Shown: positions 1 through 11,659 of the stretch, in pieces | How positions within the stretch are numbered: the stretch's first letter is position 1 | Layout of the letters: every line of letters starts with the position of its first letter | Assembly: GCA_963682135.1 (NCBI GenBank) | Contig: OY821645.1 | Location: forward strand, 2,979,342-3,043,341 | Length of the DNA: 64,000 bases | Reading direction: 5' to 3' | Source of the DNA: Methanothrix sp. | GTDB taxonomy: Archaea > Halobacteriota > Methanosarcinia > Methanotrichales > Methanotrichaceae | The notes under the pieces: generated by a model | The model's input: only the letters and a program-made list of their open reading frames with translations | What the model was told of the DNA's origin: nothing | Database searches by the model: none | Position numbers and translations under genes: made by a program

Positions 1-1
1 T

Positions 2-1117
<1,116 letters not shown>

Positions 1118-1204
1118 GATATGCAACAGCTTTATTATTACTGGATAAGAGTGTAGATTGATATGGAGGGATAGATAACGAATTGCAGATCGCAAAACGT
1201 CTCC

Positions 1205-1672
1205 TTGGCTCTGGTCACCCTGGCACTGATTTGTACTTTAATGACGCCTGCCTATGCCGGAGCAAATGAAACCTCTACTGATTGGTTCATGAAGGGTCTT
1301 GAGCTTTATAACGATGATAAAATCGATGAATCACTGCAGGCCTATAATAGGGCTCTCGAACTGGACCCAAATGATTCTGAGGCCTGGAACAATAAAGGAA
1401 TTGACGAGGGTCTTTTGGGAAAGTATGACGATGCGCTGGTATCTTTTGGGAATGCGGTGGCCATAAATGAGTCTTATGCCGAGGCTTGGTACAATATGGG
1501 TGTGATTTATGATTTTAAAGAATACTATGGTTCTGCCGTCCAGGCATACAAGAGAGCCACCCAGCTAAATCCCTCCTATCAGAAAGCCCTGGTGAGGAGA
1601 AATGTCGATACGGATGTCGTAATGGCCCGTTCGCTCTCCTGCGCCTGTCAGGATCCGATAATTTTGGTCTAG
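1205..1672 (+). CDS. Secreted TPR-repeat protein
   Basis: Hydrophobic N-terminus ending AYA; TPR units AWNNKG, AWYNMG; true start uncertain (in-frame ACG at 1178 behind GGAGG). Confidence 0.8.
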   Translation: MALVTLALICTLMTPAYAGANETSTDWFMKGLELYNDDKIDESLQAYNRALELDPNDSEAWNNKGIDEGLLGKYDDALVSFGNAVAINESYAEAWYNMGVIYDFKEYYGSAVQAYKRATQLNPSYQKALVRRNVDTDVVMARSLSCACQDPIILV

Positions 1673-1743
1673 CCCTACTCATTGCTTTGTGAGAGCTTTC
1701 TTGAAAGGCCTCACATTTTTTTTTGCGCTGATTATGGCTATTT

Positions 1744-1938
1744 TTACAGGCCGCTCATTCCTATCGGTATCTGGCTGATATCTCCCACTCCTGTCAAGAT
1801 TCTATCCGCATCCTCGCGCACATCATGGTACATCGATTTTTGGGATGATGCCGGAATTGGGATCTCTTTCGCCTTCGTCATGGTGGCATTTGTCTCAAAA
1901 TCAGATCGCAAAGAGACTTTACCATTGCTCACCTGCAA
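1744..1938 (-). pseudogene. 5'-truncated paralogue (or small protein) resembling the C-terminus of the neighbouring secreted protein
   Basis: HDVREDADRILTGVGDISQIPI aligns with VDIHQYADKVQTGVGDISGIPI of 1992..2678; QVSNGK aligns with QISGGK. Confidence 0.55.
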
Positions 1939-1991
1939 AATGCTGCGGGTGCAAGAAAAATAAAATTAAAGCTTTGCACATGCGGAATAAT

Positions 1992-2678
1992 TTAGATAGG
2001 TATGCCGCTGATATCTCCCACCCCGGTCTGGACCTTATCTGCGTACTGGTGAATGTCAACAAACCTTGAGACTGGTTTCGCCGGCTCTGCCGTCTGCTCT
2101 GCAGTTGTATTCGTGGCAGACTTGTCCTCAACAGCAGCAGGGGTCTCGACTTTGGTCTCCTCGATGATGGCAGGGGAGTAACTGGAGACCTCCGGGCTGA
2201 CCCACAAGGCGCTGAAGTTGCCGCTGCCTACCTTCTTTCCTCCGCTGATCTGGGTGAAGTTGCCTACGATGGTATCATCGGCATATATTCCGGTCATCTT
2301 GGTGGTGACAAGCTCTTTGTCCTTCTGAGCGGTCAATGTCAGAGTTATCTCGTTTTCTGCGACTGAACCGAGGACATCCGCATTCCAGGCCTTTCCACCT
2401 TCCGGCTCGTACTTGGCCTGGCCGTACAGCTCGTTTCCTTCCTGATTGAGGACCATGGTAATGGGATCAATCTCAATGCCTGTAAAAGACCAGATGTAGT
2501 TGAGATTGGGCCCGGCAGCCGCCTGCGATGCATTGACATCGGCCGTATCGTTCGACGGGATACTCTCATTTGTCGAGCCGGTCTCAGAAATGCTCGTATT
2601 GTTGTCGATCTGGCCAAGAGACAGGCCGGTGAAGAGGGATACAAGCAGTAGGGAAAGAATTATGCTTCTTTTATTCAT
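1992..2678 (-). CDS. Secreted hypothetical protein (beta-rich domain, N-glycosylation sequons)
   Basis: Signal peptide MNKRSIILSLLLVSLFTGLSLG; several N-x-S/T; Thr/Ala/Glu-rich linker. Confidence 0.8.
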   Translation of the reverse strand: MNKRSIILSLLLVSLFTGLSLGQIDNNTSISETGSTNESIPSNDTADVNASQAAAGPNLNYIWSFTGIEIDPITMVLNQEGNELYGQAKYEPEGGKAWNADVLGSVAENEITLTLTAQKDKELVTTKMTGIYADDTIVGNFTQISGGKKVGSGNFSALWVSPEVSSYSPAIIEETKVETPAAVEDKSATNTTAEQTAEPAKPVSRFVDIHQYADKVQTGVGDISGIPI

Positions 2679-2830
2679 AATATGCCTCCGATATATTTCT
2701 ACCTTTCAGCGATAGGCTTTTCGTCATTTGCCTACAACGCCCTCCTGTCTAACCTCCTCCTTTATAAGCTTTTCACACATACCATCAATTAATAAATACA
2801 TAATTCAATTGATTATCAGGTGAATTTGCT

Positions 2831-3133
2831 TTGAATAGTGGCCGACTTCTCGTTAAGATAAATCGAATCTGCGCCTGGATGCTTCTCATCTTCATGATCA
2901 TCTTCCTTATCTCAGGATATGCCTGGTGGAACAGGACATTGCTTCCTTTGAAGGATGCCATATATATGCACACCAATCTGGACCTATTCCTGGTATTTTT
3001 CTTCCTGATGCATGTGCTTATCAGCATCAGATTTGCATTGGCGCGCTGGAGGGTGGGCCATGCTCAGATGGTTAATTTGCTGCTTATCGCGATCGGTATT
3101 CTCTCTTTCTGGTCCATCCTTAGCATTCGGTGA
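2831..3133 (+). CDS. Small three-helix membrane protein
   Basis: Three hydrophobic segments with His residues (MHTNL, LMHVL). Confidence 0.65.
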   Translation: MNSGRLLVKINRICAWMLLIFMIIFLISGYAWWNRTLLPLKDAIYMHTNLDLFLVFFFLMHVLISIRFALARWRVGHAQMVNLLLIAIGILSFWSILSIR

Positions 3134-3251
3134 AATATCCTGCCAACTTCGTCCAGTCCCGAGTTCGGGACTGCACAGGCATAAAGGACGAGAGAAAGCT
3201 TAAATTAGGTATGAGTAGTAACACAGATTTAAATAAAACAGGAGATAAGCT

Positions 3252-3506
3252 ATGAACCGAATACCAATTGGGGCTGCAATTCTTGCTATAATTATATCGT
3301 GTTCTCTGGGAATTGCTTTCGGTGAGATTGGAGCCGTTCAAACCAAGAACGCCGCAGATAACTCGACAGGTGATTCTACAGAAAATGCATCAGTTAAAAC
3401 AGGAAACATATCCATAAACGTCATAGGAAATTTGACAATAAGTGCGGCAGGCAATGCGACAATCAATATGATATTCAATAATCTAACGAGCATCCAATGT
3501 GACTGA
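3252..3506 (+). CDS. Small secreted Asn-rich protein
   Basis: GGAGA RBS; signal peptide; multiple N-x-S/T sequons. Confidence 0.55.
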   Translation: MNRIPIGAAILAIIISCSLGIAFGEIGAVQTKNAADNSTGDSTENASVKTGNISINVIGNLTISAAGNATINMIFNNLTSIQCD

Positions 3507-3620
3507 TCCAGTCAAAGCAGAGTATACTGCCTGAAATCAAGAGATATATTAATATTAAAAAAATCCTGCGCCCTTCTGGACACAGGATACTGACACAGGA
3601 TCCTTTCGATTGCCGAATGC

Positions 3621-5189
3621 CTAATATCCGGCTTTGGCTACAGGAACCACTCCAATGTCGAGATACTGGTCTTTCTCATTGCTGTATTGCGGCCAGGTAA
3701 CATTGATCCCGCCATTGGGGTTGCCCGTCTTGGCAAATCTGGTCCACATGTCCATGATGTAATCGGAAACCGTGCTGCTGGTTGGATTTGCCTTCCAGTA
3801 GCTTGGCCTGAAGACAAAGTAGAGCTCGCTGGTATGATATGCGCCATTGGGCTGGCCGGGCAGGACATAGGTGAACTTATACAGATATGTGCTCTTGTTG
3901 AGATCGGCCATAGAACCGGCAATGAACTTGGAGGCCAGGGCAAAGTCGATATCTGTGGCAATCCTCTCTATTCTGTACTGGACCTCTGAATCGTTCCTGG
4001 CCGGGTACCTGGCCAGCATCTTGAAGGCGTACGGTCCAAAGCCGTCCTGCAGGAACTTCCAGTAATCCTCCGTGGTCATATTTGTCTTGGCAGCCAGCAG
4101 AGTTCCTTCATCTGCGTTAGATCCGATCAAGAGTGGGACTGGATTTTGTCGCCCCTGTCTGAAGATCTCTTGCGGCTCCTCTGGAATCAGCCACCCGTCA
4201 ATGGTGGGCTTGAAGGCCACATTATGGAAACCCCAAAATGTTGAATTCCATACATACGGCGTGCTGTTGACCAGGTCAAGGGCACTCATGTTGCGCATCT
4301 TCTGGATTGCATCAGGCCCGGAATATCCCAGGCTTTCGGCGTACTTCTGGCCGTAATCTTCTGCCTCAGCCTTTGTTCTGTAACCAATAATTGCCGGGCC
4401 ATTTGACCAGACTCCGCCGCTCTCGACGATGGCCTGGCTGTAAAGCCCCTTGCTCTGGGGTATTGCCAACTGGCTGACTATGTTGGCAGCTCCTGCCGAT
4501 TCGCCGAAGATAGTGACGCGATCTGGGTCTCCCCCAAATGCGGCGATATTCCTTTGGACCCACCCCAAGGCTGCCTCCTGGTCAAGAAGAGCGTAGTTGC
4601 CTGAGGTATTGTTAGGTGACTCTTGGGAGAGCTGTGGATGAGCCAGATATCCAAGAACTCCGACCCTGTAGTTGAACGTAACCACGATAACCCCTTTTTC
4701 AGCCAGGGCGGTCCCATTATAGAGTGGTAGAGCGCTAGATCCCCTAACATATGCTCCTCCATAGACAAAGACCATCACCGGCAGTTTTTCGCTGGAATTG
4801 GCCGCAGGAGTCCAGATGTTCAGGGTGAGGCAGTCCTCGCTCATGTTCCCCGGGTACCATTCAGGTCCAAAGTCTTTTGAGACTGCCTGGGGGCAGGACG
4901 GGCTGAACCTGTCGGCTTTGAAGACACCCTCCCAGAGTTTAGCGGCCTCTGGAGGCTTCCACCTCAGATCTCCAGTTGGAGGTGCTGCATATGGAATCCC
5001 AAGGTATATGTTAAGCCCGTTCTGGTTAATTCCTGAGACATATCCACCTTGCGTCTTTATAACATCCAATCCTTTTTGCGTATCTTCTGCTACAGCAGAT
5101 ACCGCCAAGAGGCAAATCCCGGCGTATATCACACAGATCAGATATTTGATTTTTTTATTCTTTATCGTATTTTCCTCTATACACACCAT
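3621..5189 (-). CDS. Secreted carboxylesterase, type B family
   Basis: LGIPYAAPP, SEDCLTLNIW, YGGAY oxyanion loop, nucleophile GESAG, catalytic His GAYHTSEL. Confidence 0.93.
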   Translation of the reverse strand: MVCIEENTIKNKKIKYLICVIYAGICLLAVSAVAEDTQKGLDVIKTQGGYVSGINQNGLNIYLGIPYAAPPTGDLRWKPPEAAKLWEGVFKADRFSPSCPQAVSKDFGPEWYPGNMSEDCLTLNIWTPAANSSEKLPVMVFVYGGAYVRGSSALPLYNGTALAEKGVIVVTFNYRVGVLGYLAHPQLSQESPNNTSGNYALLDQEAALGWVQRNIAAFGGDPDRVTIFGESAGAANIVSQLAIPQSKGLYSQAIVESGGVWSNGPAIIGYRTKAEAEDYGQKYAESLGYSGPDAIQKMRNMSALDLVNSTPYVWNSTFWGFHNVAFKPTIDGWLIPEEPQEIFRQGRQNPVPLLIGSNADEGTLLAAKTNMTTEDYWKFLQDGFGPYAFKMLARYPARNDSEVQYRIERIATDIDFALASKFIAGSMADLNKSTYLYKFTYVLPGQPNGAYHTSELYFVFRPSYWKANPTSSTVSDYIMDMWTRFAKTGNPNGGINVTWPQYSNEKDQYLDIGVVPVAKAGY

Positions 5190-5344
5190 AATAATCCCTT
5201 AATAATAGAGGACGATTCAATCTATTAAGTTTTTTTGTATCTGTTTTGTTTAAAAAAATGCGTTGGTTGAATCAAAGATAGGTGACATTGAGTTGTTGAG
5301 TCCAAAATTAAGAATCTCACATAAATTGCTGAGCACCGCAAAGC

Positions 5345-5384
5345 TTATTTAACCTGGCGTTACTAACTTAAGGTTCAATAAGTA
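5345..5384 (+). promoter_or_regulatory. TATA box plus HSR1-like operator upstream of the heat-shock-type regulator
   Basis: TTATTTAA at 5345 after purine-rich BRE; CTAAC-TTAAG-GTTCA at 5363-5377 resembles the CTAAC-N5-GTTAG motif. Confidence 0.55.
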
Positions 5385-5392
5385 ATAATAGA

Positions 5393-6022
5393 GTGATGAT
5401 ATTGGATCCAGTTGAGCTTTTAGATATCCTGGGGAACGAGAATAGGAGGCGCATACTTCAATTGCTCTCCTTTCGCCCTTTCTATTTTAATGAGATGGCC
5501 AAGCGACTTGATGTCGGGCCAAAGGCAGTCATCGATCATCTGCTGATGCTGGAGAGAGCGGGCCTGGTGGAATGCTACCAGGACCAGGGAAGAAGAAAGT
5601 ATTTCCGTATTGTCAGAAAAACGGTCCTGGAAGTGGCGGTCTCGCCTCATTCTTATGGGGTGCGAGCCTTTCTCTCTGAGGACGTACCAAAGGTGGAAGA
5701 TACCGAGTTGGCCCAGGATATGAAGCTCTTACGCGACGAGCTCTCAAGCCTGGAGGAAGAAAGGCTGAAACTGCGCACCCTCCTGGACGAGATCGAATCT
5801 CGCGAGATGGAGATCAAACACAAAGCTTGCAGTGCGGCGAAAGACTTTGCGCAAAACCAGCTGGAGGCGGAGATTCTGACGGCATTGCTCTCGGGTGACA
5901 TTGATGCTTTGCATCTCTCTATGAAGCTCGAGGTTCCAGAGATTGTGGTAATAGATCGGCTTAAGAAGCTGGAAGAGCGTGGGGCTGTGCATTTATTAGA
6001 TCAGAAATGGAGCATTAGATAA
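5393..6022 (+). CDS. ArsR-family (HSR1/Phr-like) transcriptional regulator
   Basis: [17 protein letters not shown]…[17 protein letters not shown] wHTH, coiled coil, second wHTH; stop overlaps cdc48 start. Confidence 0.85.
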   Translation: MMILDPVELLDILGNENRRRILQLLSFRPFYFNEMAKRLDVGPKAVIDHLLMLERAGLVECYQDQGRRKYFRIVRKTVLEVAVSPHSYGVRAFLSEDVPKVEDTELAQDMKLLRDELSSLEEERLKLRTLLDEIESREMEIKHKACSAAKDFAQNQLEAEILTALLSGDIDALHLSMKLEVPEIVVIDRLKKLEERGAVHLLDQKWSIR

Positions 6023-8235
6023 TGGAGAGGGATGCGGCGAGCCTAGAGACGGTCGAAGGTGGGCCAAAAGGAGTTGCTTCTGCGCAGCTTCGAGTGGCTG
6101 AAGCCTATCACAAAGATGCAGGTAAGGGCGTGGCCAGGATTGGGGCTGATGCATTTGCTTCCCTCTCCCTGGAGAATGGCGGAGTGGTGGAGATCAAAGG
6201 AAAAGATAAGGTCTACGCCATAGTCTGGCCCGGAACCCCTGACGATCCCCAGGACCTAATCAGGATTGACGGAAGTACCCGCGCCAACCTGGGTGTGGGG
6301 ATAGACAGCAAAGTTGTGGTCACTCGGGCTGAGGCAAGACCCGCCCGAAAGATCGTAGTCGCCCCCACGCGCCAGATCCGGCTCATGGGCGGTCCGCAGT
6401 ATTTGCTTCGCATGCTGCAAGGACGGGCAATTGTCAAGGGTGAGATGCTGCGCGTAGAGATGATCAATAGCAGCCTCAACCTGGCCGTGGTCAGCACATT
6501 GCCCGCCGGTGCGGTGCTGGTGACAACAGATACAATCATCAGCATCACCAGAGAGACTTTGGAGGAGCTGGCACTGCAAGTGCGGGATATCTCCTATGAG
6601 GATATCGGCGGCCTTTCCCGCGAGATAAGAGAGATCAGAGAGATGATTGAAATACCGCTGCGCCATCCGGAGCTCTTCTCTCGCCTGGGCATAAATCCAC
6701 CGCGCGGAGTGCTGCTGCACGGACCGCCCGGCACGGGAAAAACGCTCATCGCGAGAGCAGTGGCCAGCGAGACCGATGCTAATTTCATATCTATCTCCGG
6801 TCCTGAGATTGTATCCAAGTTTTATGGAGAAAGCGAGCAGAGGTTGCGCCAGATCTTCGAGGAGGCCTCAAAGACTGCTCCTTCCATCATATTCATCGAT
6901 GAGATCGATTCCATTGCACCCAAACGTGAGGAGGTGTCCGGCGACCTGGAGAGGCGTGTGGTAGCCCAGTTGCTGGCTCTCTTGGACGGCCTTTCCTCGC
7001 GGGGAGAGGTAATAGTCATAGCCGCCACCAATAGGCCAAATGCCCTTGATCCTGCCATCCGTCGTGGCGGACGCTTTGATCGAGAGATTGAGATCGGCAT
7101 TCCCAGTAAAACCGGTCGGTTGGAGGTGCTTTATGTTCATACCCGGGGCATGCCTCTCGATCCTACCCTGGACTTAAAAGAGATCGCGGATGCTACGCAC
7201 GGCTTTGTGGGAGCCGACCTTTATGCTCTCTGCAAAGAAGCAGCCATGCGAACATTGGAGAGGGCGTTTCCTGACCTGGATGTGAGTGAAGATATACCAT
7301 CAGAGATCGTGGAAAGCCTTAGGGTCACCAAAGAGGATTTTAAAGCGGCTTTAAAGAAGATTGAGCCTTCCGCCATGAGAGAGGTCTTCGTAGAGGTGGC
7401 GGAGGTACACTGGGATGATGTGGGGGGCCTCGATGGTGTCAAGCAATTGCTCATCGAGGCGGTGGAGTGGCCGCTGCAGTATCCGGAAGCTTTTGCTGCT
7501 GTGGGCGTTCGCCCTGCGCGCGGCATACTTCTCTATGGCCTGCCTGGGACGGGCAAGACCCTCCTGGTAAGGGCTCTGGCTACAGAGAGCAATTTAAACT
7601 TCATCAGCGTCAAAGGCCCGGAGCTGCTCAGCAAGTGGGTAGGCGAATCGGAGCGTGCTGTAAGGGAGATCTTTCGCAAGGCCCGCCAGGCGGCCCCAGC
7701 GTTAGTATTCTTTGATGAGATCGACTCCATTGTTCCCAGCCGCAGCGGCGGAGCGGAAGCGAATGTTACAGAGCGAGTGGTAAGCCAATTCCTAACTGAA
7801 CTGGATGGACTGGTGTCGCTCAAAGATGTGGTAATTGTGGCGGCAACCAACCGGCCGGATCTTCTGGATAGCTCAATGCTGCGTCCCGGAAGGTTCGATC
7901 GTTTAATTTATATTCCCATGCCGGATAATCTTGCAAGGAAGAGAATACTTGAGATTTATCTCTCCCGCATGGCCGCATCCGGTGTACAGGCCCAATGGCT
8001 GGCTGATATGACAGAGGACTTTTCCGGTGCAGATTTGGAGATGTTCTGCCGGGAAGCAGGGATGCTTGCTTTAAAAGAGCATATAACACCAGGCATGAAT
8101 CGAGAAGAATTGATCATTGATAGGATACTGATAACACATGATCATTTCCAAAGAGCGCATGAGCTTATCAAGCCCCATCTGTCTAAAGGCATGCGGGAAG
8201 AATACCTTAAAATGATTCGAGATTTCCAAGGGTAA
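6022..8235 (+). CDS. cdc48: CDC48/VAT family AAA+ ATPase (copy 1)
   Basis: N-domain plus two AAA modules ([15 protein letters not shown]; [14 protein letters not shown]), SRH RPGRFD. Confidence 0.95.
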   Translation: MERDAASLETVEGGPKGVASAQLRVAEAYHKDAGKGVARIGADAFASLSLENGGVVEIKGKDKVYAIVWPGTPDDPQDLIRIDGSTRANLGVGIDSKVVVTRAEARPARKIVVAPTRQIRLMGGPQYLLRMLQGRAIVKGEMLRVEMINSSLNLAVVSTLPAGAVLVTTDTIISITRETLEELALQVRDISYEDIGGLSREIREIREMIEIPLRHPELFSRLGINPPRGVLLHGPPGTGKTLIARAVASETDANFISISGPEIVSKFYGESEQRLRQIFEEASKTAPSIIFIDEIDSIAPKREEVSGDLERRVVAQLLALLDGLSSRGEVIVIAATNRPNALDPAIRRGGRFDREIEIGIPSKTGRLEVLYVHTRGMPLDPTLDLKEIADATHGFVGADLYALCKEAAMRTLERAFPDLDVSEDIPSEIVESLRVTKEDFKAALKKIEPSAMREVFVEVAEVHWDDVGGLDGVKQLLIEAVEWPLQYPEAFAAVGVRPARGILLYGLPGTGKTLLVRALATESNLNFISVKGPELLSKWVGESERAVREIFRKARQAAPALVFFDEIDSIVPSRSGGAEANVTERVVSQFLTELDGLVSLKDVVIVAATNRPDLLDSSMLRPGRFDRLIYIPMPDNLARKRILEIYLSRMAASGVQAQWLADMTEDFSGADLEMFCREAGMLALKEHITPGMNREELIIDRILITHDHFQRAHELIKPHLSKGMREEYLKMIRDFQG

Positions 8236-8309
8236 GAAAGGACGAAATGAGCAAAAATAGTATGGTAGCAAAGCATCAGATATATAGTCAAGAAGGATTA
8301 AGAGACGAT

Positions 8310-10229
8310 ATGAGGGCCGAAAAATTGACTTTTGAAGACGAGTCGAAAGAGCTGCTTGGGGATATAGATTTCAATGATACCAGCAGCATAACCGTGCCTG
8401 AGAGCCTCATTGATCACGTAATCGGTCAGGATGAAGCCGTGGAAGTGATCAAGAAGGCGGCACGTCAGAGACGCCATGTCATGCTCATCGGATCGCCGGG
8501 AACAGGCAAATCCATGCTCGGCAAGGCCATGAGCGAGTTGCTCCCTGTGGAAGAGCTACAGGATGTGCTGGTCTATGCCAATCCAGAGGATAACAACACA
8601 CCGCGCGTTCGCATAGTGCCTGCCGGCAGAGGCAAGCAGATAGTTGAAGCCCAGAAGATGGAGGCCAGAAAGAAGGTCCAGACGCGCAATATGTTCTTAA
8701 TGCTCATCGTAATGGCCCTGATAGTATATGCCTATTATACCGGACAGCTCCTCTTCGGAATCATAGCGGCAGCGCTCATATTCCTATCACTACGTTATAT
8801 GCTGCCCAAAGAGGATGCCATGGTACCCAAGCTCTTGGTGGATAATAACGCCAAGAAGAAGGCACCTTATATTGATGCCACCGGTGCACACGCTGGTGCC
8901 CTTCTGGGAGATGTGCGCCATGATCCCTTCCAGTCCGGAGGGCTGGAGACGCCATCCCATGAGCGGGTGGAATGCGGAGCCATTCATAAGGCCCACAAGG
9001 GAGTTCTCTTCATTGACGAGGTAAACACCCTGCGCCCGGAGTCGCAGCAAAGCCTGCTTACTGCTTTGCAGGAGGGTGAGTATCCCATCACTGGTCAGAG
9101 CGAGAGAAGCTCCGGAGCATTGGTCAGAACTGAGCCGGTGCCCTGCAACTTCATCATGATCCTGGCGGGAAATTTGGATGCCGTGCAGGGAATGCATCCC
9201 GCTCTGCGTTCCCGCATTAAAGGCTACGGATATGAGGTCTACATGAGAGACAGCATGGACGACACTCTGGAGAACAGAAACAAGCTCATAAGATTCGTGG
9301 CCCAGGAGATTGTGAGAGACGGCAAAATACCGCATTTTACCAGGGATGCAGTCTCGGAGATTATGCGGGAAGCCAAGAGGAGGTCGGGCAGGAAGGGCCA
9401 TCTCACACTAATGCTGCGAGACCTGGGCGGCTTGATCAGGGTATCCGGGGACGTAGCTCGCGCCGATGGTGCGAACCTCACTGATGTGGACCATGTAAAA
9501 GAGGCCAAGAAGATGGCAAGGTCTGTAGAGCAGCAGCTTGCAGATCGCTACATGGAGCGGCGCCGTGATTACAGCATGTTCCATTCTTCCGGTGACGAGG
9601 TGGGAAGAGTAAATGGTTTGGCAGTCATGGGCGACTCGGGAATAGTGCTCCCCATCATGGCCGAGGTCACACAGGCCCAGTCCAAGGAAGAGGGCAAGAT
9701 CATAGCTACCGGCAAGCTGCAGGAGATAGCCAGAGAAGCTGTCACCAACGTCTCCGTGCTCATCAAGAAGTTCCTGGGTGAAGACATAACCAAAAAAGAT
9801 GTGCATATTCAGTTCATCGGCACCTATGAGGGTGTGGAGGGCGATAGCGCATCTATCTCCATTGCCACAGCAGTCATATCCGCCCTGGAAGGTGTACCCG
9901 TCAAGCAATCGGTGGCCATGACCGGATCGCTCTCTGTGCGGGGAGATGTCATGCCTGTGGGAGGCGTGACGCAGAAGATCGAGGCCGCAGCGAAAGCCGG
10001 CATCAAGACGGTGCTTATACCAAAATCCAACATGGGTGATGTACTCATTGATGACGCCATCAAGGGCATGATCGAGATAATCCCCGTCTCCAATATGAGT
10101 GAGGTCTTTGAGTATGCCATGGGCGGACAGAGGAATCGGTTGATAGAGAAGCTGAAGAAGTTTGCAGCTGAAAAGAAGATCGGCATCATCTTGCCGGAGA
10201 CCATCTCTATCCCCAGCAGGAGCATCTGA
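8310..10229 (+). CDS. lonB: Membrane-anchored ATP-dependent protease LonB
   Basis: GSPGTGKS, two TM helices inserted in AAA domain, GDVRHDPFQSGGL, catalytic EGDSAS and downstream Lys; ATG 8310 chosen over 8247 (TATA-like TATATAG at 8281). Confidence 0.95.
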   Translation: MRAEKLTFEDESKELLGDIDFNDTSSITVPESLIDHVIGQDEAVEVIKKAARQRRHVMLIGSPGTGKSMLGKAMSELLPVEELQDVLVYANPEDNNTPRVRIVPAGRGKQIVEAQKMEARKKVQTRNMFLMLIVMALIVYAYYTGQLLFGIIAAALIFLSLRYMLPKEDAMVPKLLVDNNAKKKAPYIDATGAHAGALLGDVRHDPFQSGGLETPSHERVECGAIHKAHKGVLFIDEVNTLRPESQQSLLTALQEGEYPITGQSERSSGALVRTEPVPCNFIMILAGNLDAVQGMHPALRSRIKGYGYEVYMRDSMDDTLENRNKLIRFVAQEIVRDGKIPHFTRDAVSEIMREAKRRSGRKGHLTLMLRDLGGLIRVSGDVARADGANLTDVDHVKEAKKMARSVEQQLADRYMERRRDYSMFHSSGDEVGRVNGLAVMGDSGIVLPIMAEVTQAQSKEEGKIIATGKLQEIAREAVTNVSVLIKKFLGEDITKKDVHIQFIGTYEGVEGDSASISIATAVISALEGVPVKQSVAMTGSLSVRGDVMPVGGVTQKIEAAAKAGIKTVLIPKSNMGDVLIDDAIKGMIEIIPVSNMSEVFEYAMGGQRNRLIEKLKKFAAEKKIGIILPETISIPSRSI

Positions 10230-10235
10230 AACCCA

Positions 10236-11555
10236 ATGGCGCCTGAGTTCTACGACATCCGAACCCTGCGCGGCAGTAGGACCAGGATTGTCCTGGACAA
10301 CGGAAAGCTGGAAGAGATTAACCAGGCCCCTTTCCAGGGCGCGGCTGTGCGAGCTCTTTTTGGAGGGGCCTGGGGTTTTGTTACCACGGATAGTGTGACA
10401 GATCTGGGGGAGGATGTCGCTCTGGCCAAACGCATCGCCCGGAAGATTGACCGGCGCGATGATCTCACGCTGGCCCGGGCCCCACCGGGTAGAAGCGTCG
10501 TAGTTCCGGTTAAAAAAGATCCCAAGGACATTTCCCTGGAGGAAAAGGTGGCGCTGCTGCGAGAGATTGAAGACGCAGCTAAAGTGAAAGGCGTAACCTC
10601 GACTCAGGCCGTCTATGCGGAAATGGATTTCACCATGCATTATAGTAGCTCTGAGGGCCTGGATCTGGAGGCAAAGACGACGCGTATGGGTTTTGTCATC
10701 AGCGCTGTGGCCCACAGAAACGGACTGTACCAGACGGATGGAGAGGGTCGGTCCGGAGTGGGAGGCCTGGAGCTCTTTGACCGGGAAGACCCCATTGCCC
10801 TGGCTAGAGTTGTAGGAGAGACGGCGGTAGCCCTTCTGGACGCAAAAGCGCCCAAGGGCGGAACCTATCCCGTTCTCCTTGATCAGGAGCTGGCCGGAGT
10901 CTTCGTTCATGAGGCAGTGGGTCATGCCACTGAGGGAGATATCATCCTGGAGGGCGACTCCTGTTTGGAAGGAAAGCTGGGCCAGAAGATCGGATCGGAA
11001 TTGGTGACGGTCAAGGACGATCCCAGTCTGATGAATAACGGCTACTATCCCTTTGACGACGAGGGAAGCCTTGCTCAGGAAACGGTATTGGTAGAAAACG
11101 GTATCCTCAAGTCTTATCTCAATTCTCGCGAGACGGCTGCGCGGTTAGGCGGCGTGCCGCGCAATGCCCGCGCTGAGGGACTGGACCGGCCGGTGGTGCG
11201 TATGAGCAACACCTACATCGCCAATGGCGACTGGAAGCTGGAAGAGATGCTGAGCGAACTGGGAGATGGCGTCTACCTGGCAGGTAGTCGTGGGGGCCAG
11301 GTGAGCACGGGCGAGGGCGTCTTCCAATTCAATGCCAAGAGAGGCTATCTGGTGGAAAAGGGCGAGAAGACCAGGCTATTGCGCGATGTCTCGTTATCCG
11401 GCAAGATCCTGGAGACTCTGCTGCATGTGCGCGCGGTGGGAAATGATCTGAAGTTCAACAGCGGGCGCTGCGGAAAAGCAGGACAGCTTGTGCCCGTGAG
11501 CGACGGTTCGCCGCACCTCCTGGTGGCCGAGGCGACGGTGGGCGGAGCGGGATAG
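10236..11555 (+). CDS. tldD: TldD-family metalloprotease
   Basis: HEAVGHATEGD zinc motif, RMSNT, CGKAGQLVPV. Confidence 0.92.
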   Translation: MAPEFYDIRTLRGSRTRIVLDNGKLEEINQAPFQGAAVRALFGGAWGFVTTDSVTDLGEDVALAKRIARKIDRRDDLTLARAPPGRSVVVPVKKDPKDISLEEKVALLREIEDAAKVKGVTSTQAVYAEMDFTMHYSSSEGLDLEAKTTRMGFVISAVAHRNGLYQTDGEGRSGVGGLELFDREDPIALARVVGETAVALLDAKAPKGGTYPVLLDQELAGVFVHEAVGHATEGDIILEGDSCLEGKLGQKIGSELVTVKDDPSLMNNGYYPFDDEGSLAQETVLVENGILKSYLNSRETAARLGGVPRNARAEGLDRPVVRMSNTYIANGDWKLEEMLSELGDGVYLAGSRGGQVSTGEGVFQFNAKRGYLVEKGEKTRLLRDVSLSGKILETLLHVRAVGNDLKFNSGRCGKAGQLVPVSDGSPHLLVAEATVGGAG

Positions 11556-11659
11556 AAATGGACCTTCTCAATTTATTTTTCTATTTTATTAATGGTTTCT
11601 TTAAGTTAAGTGGTATTAGAAGCATAATTTAAATGAGATTATAGCGAACATGAGGGATA

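Noticed and set aside
3579-3602. GACACAGGAT direct repeat between convergent genes
   Set aside because: Two 10-bp copies only; compatible with a terminator region or chance
9408-10925. 505-aa antisense ORF over lonB/tldD
   Set aside because: Shadow of GC-rich coding strand; no motifs or RBS
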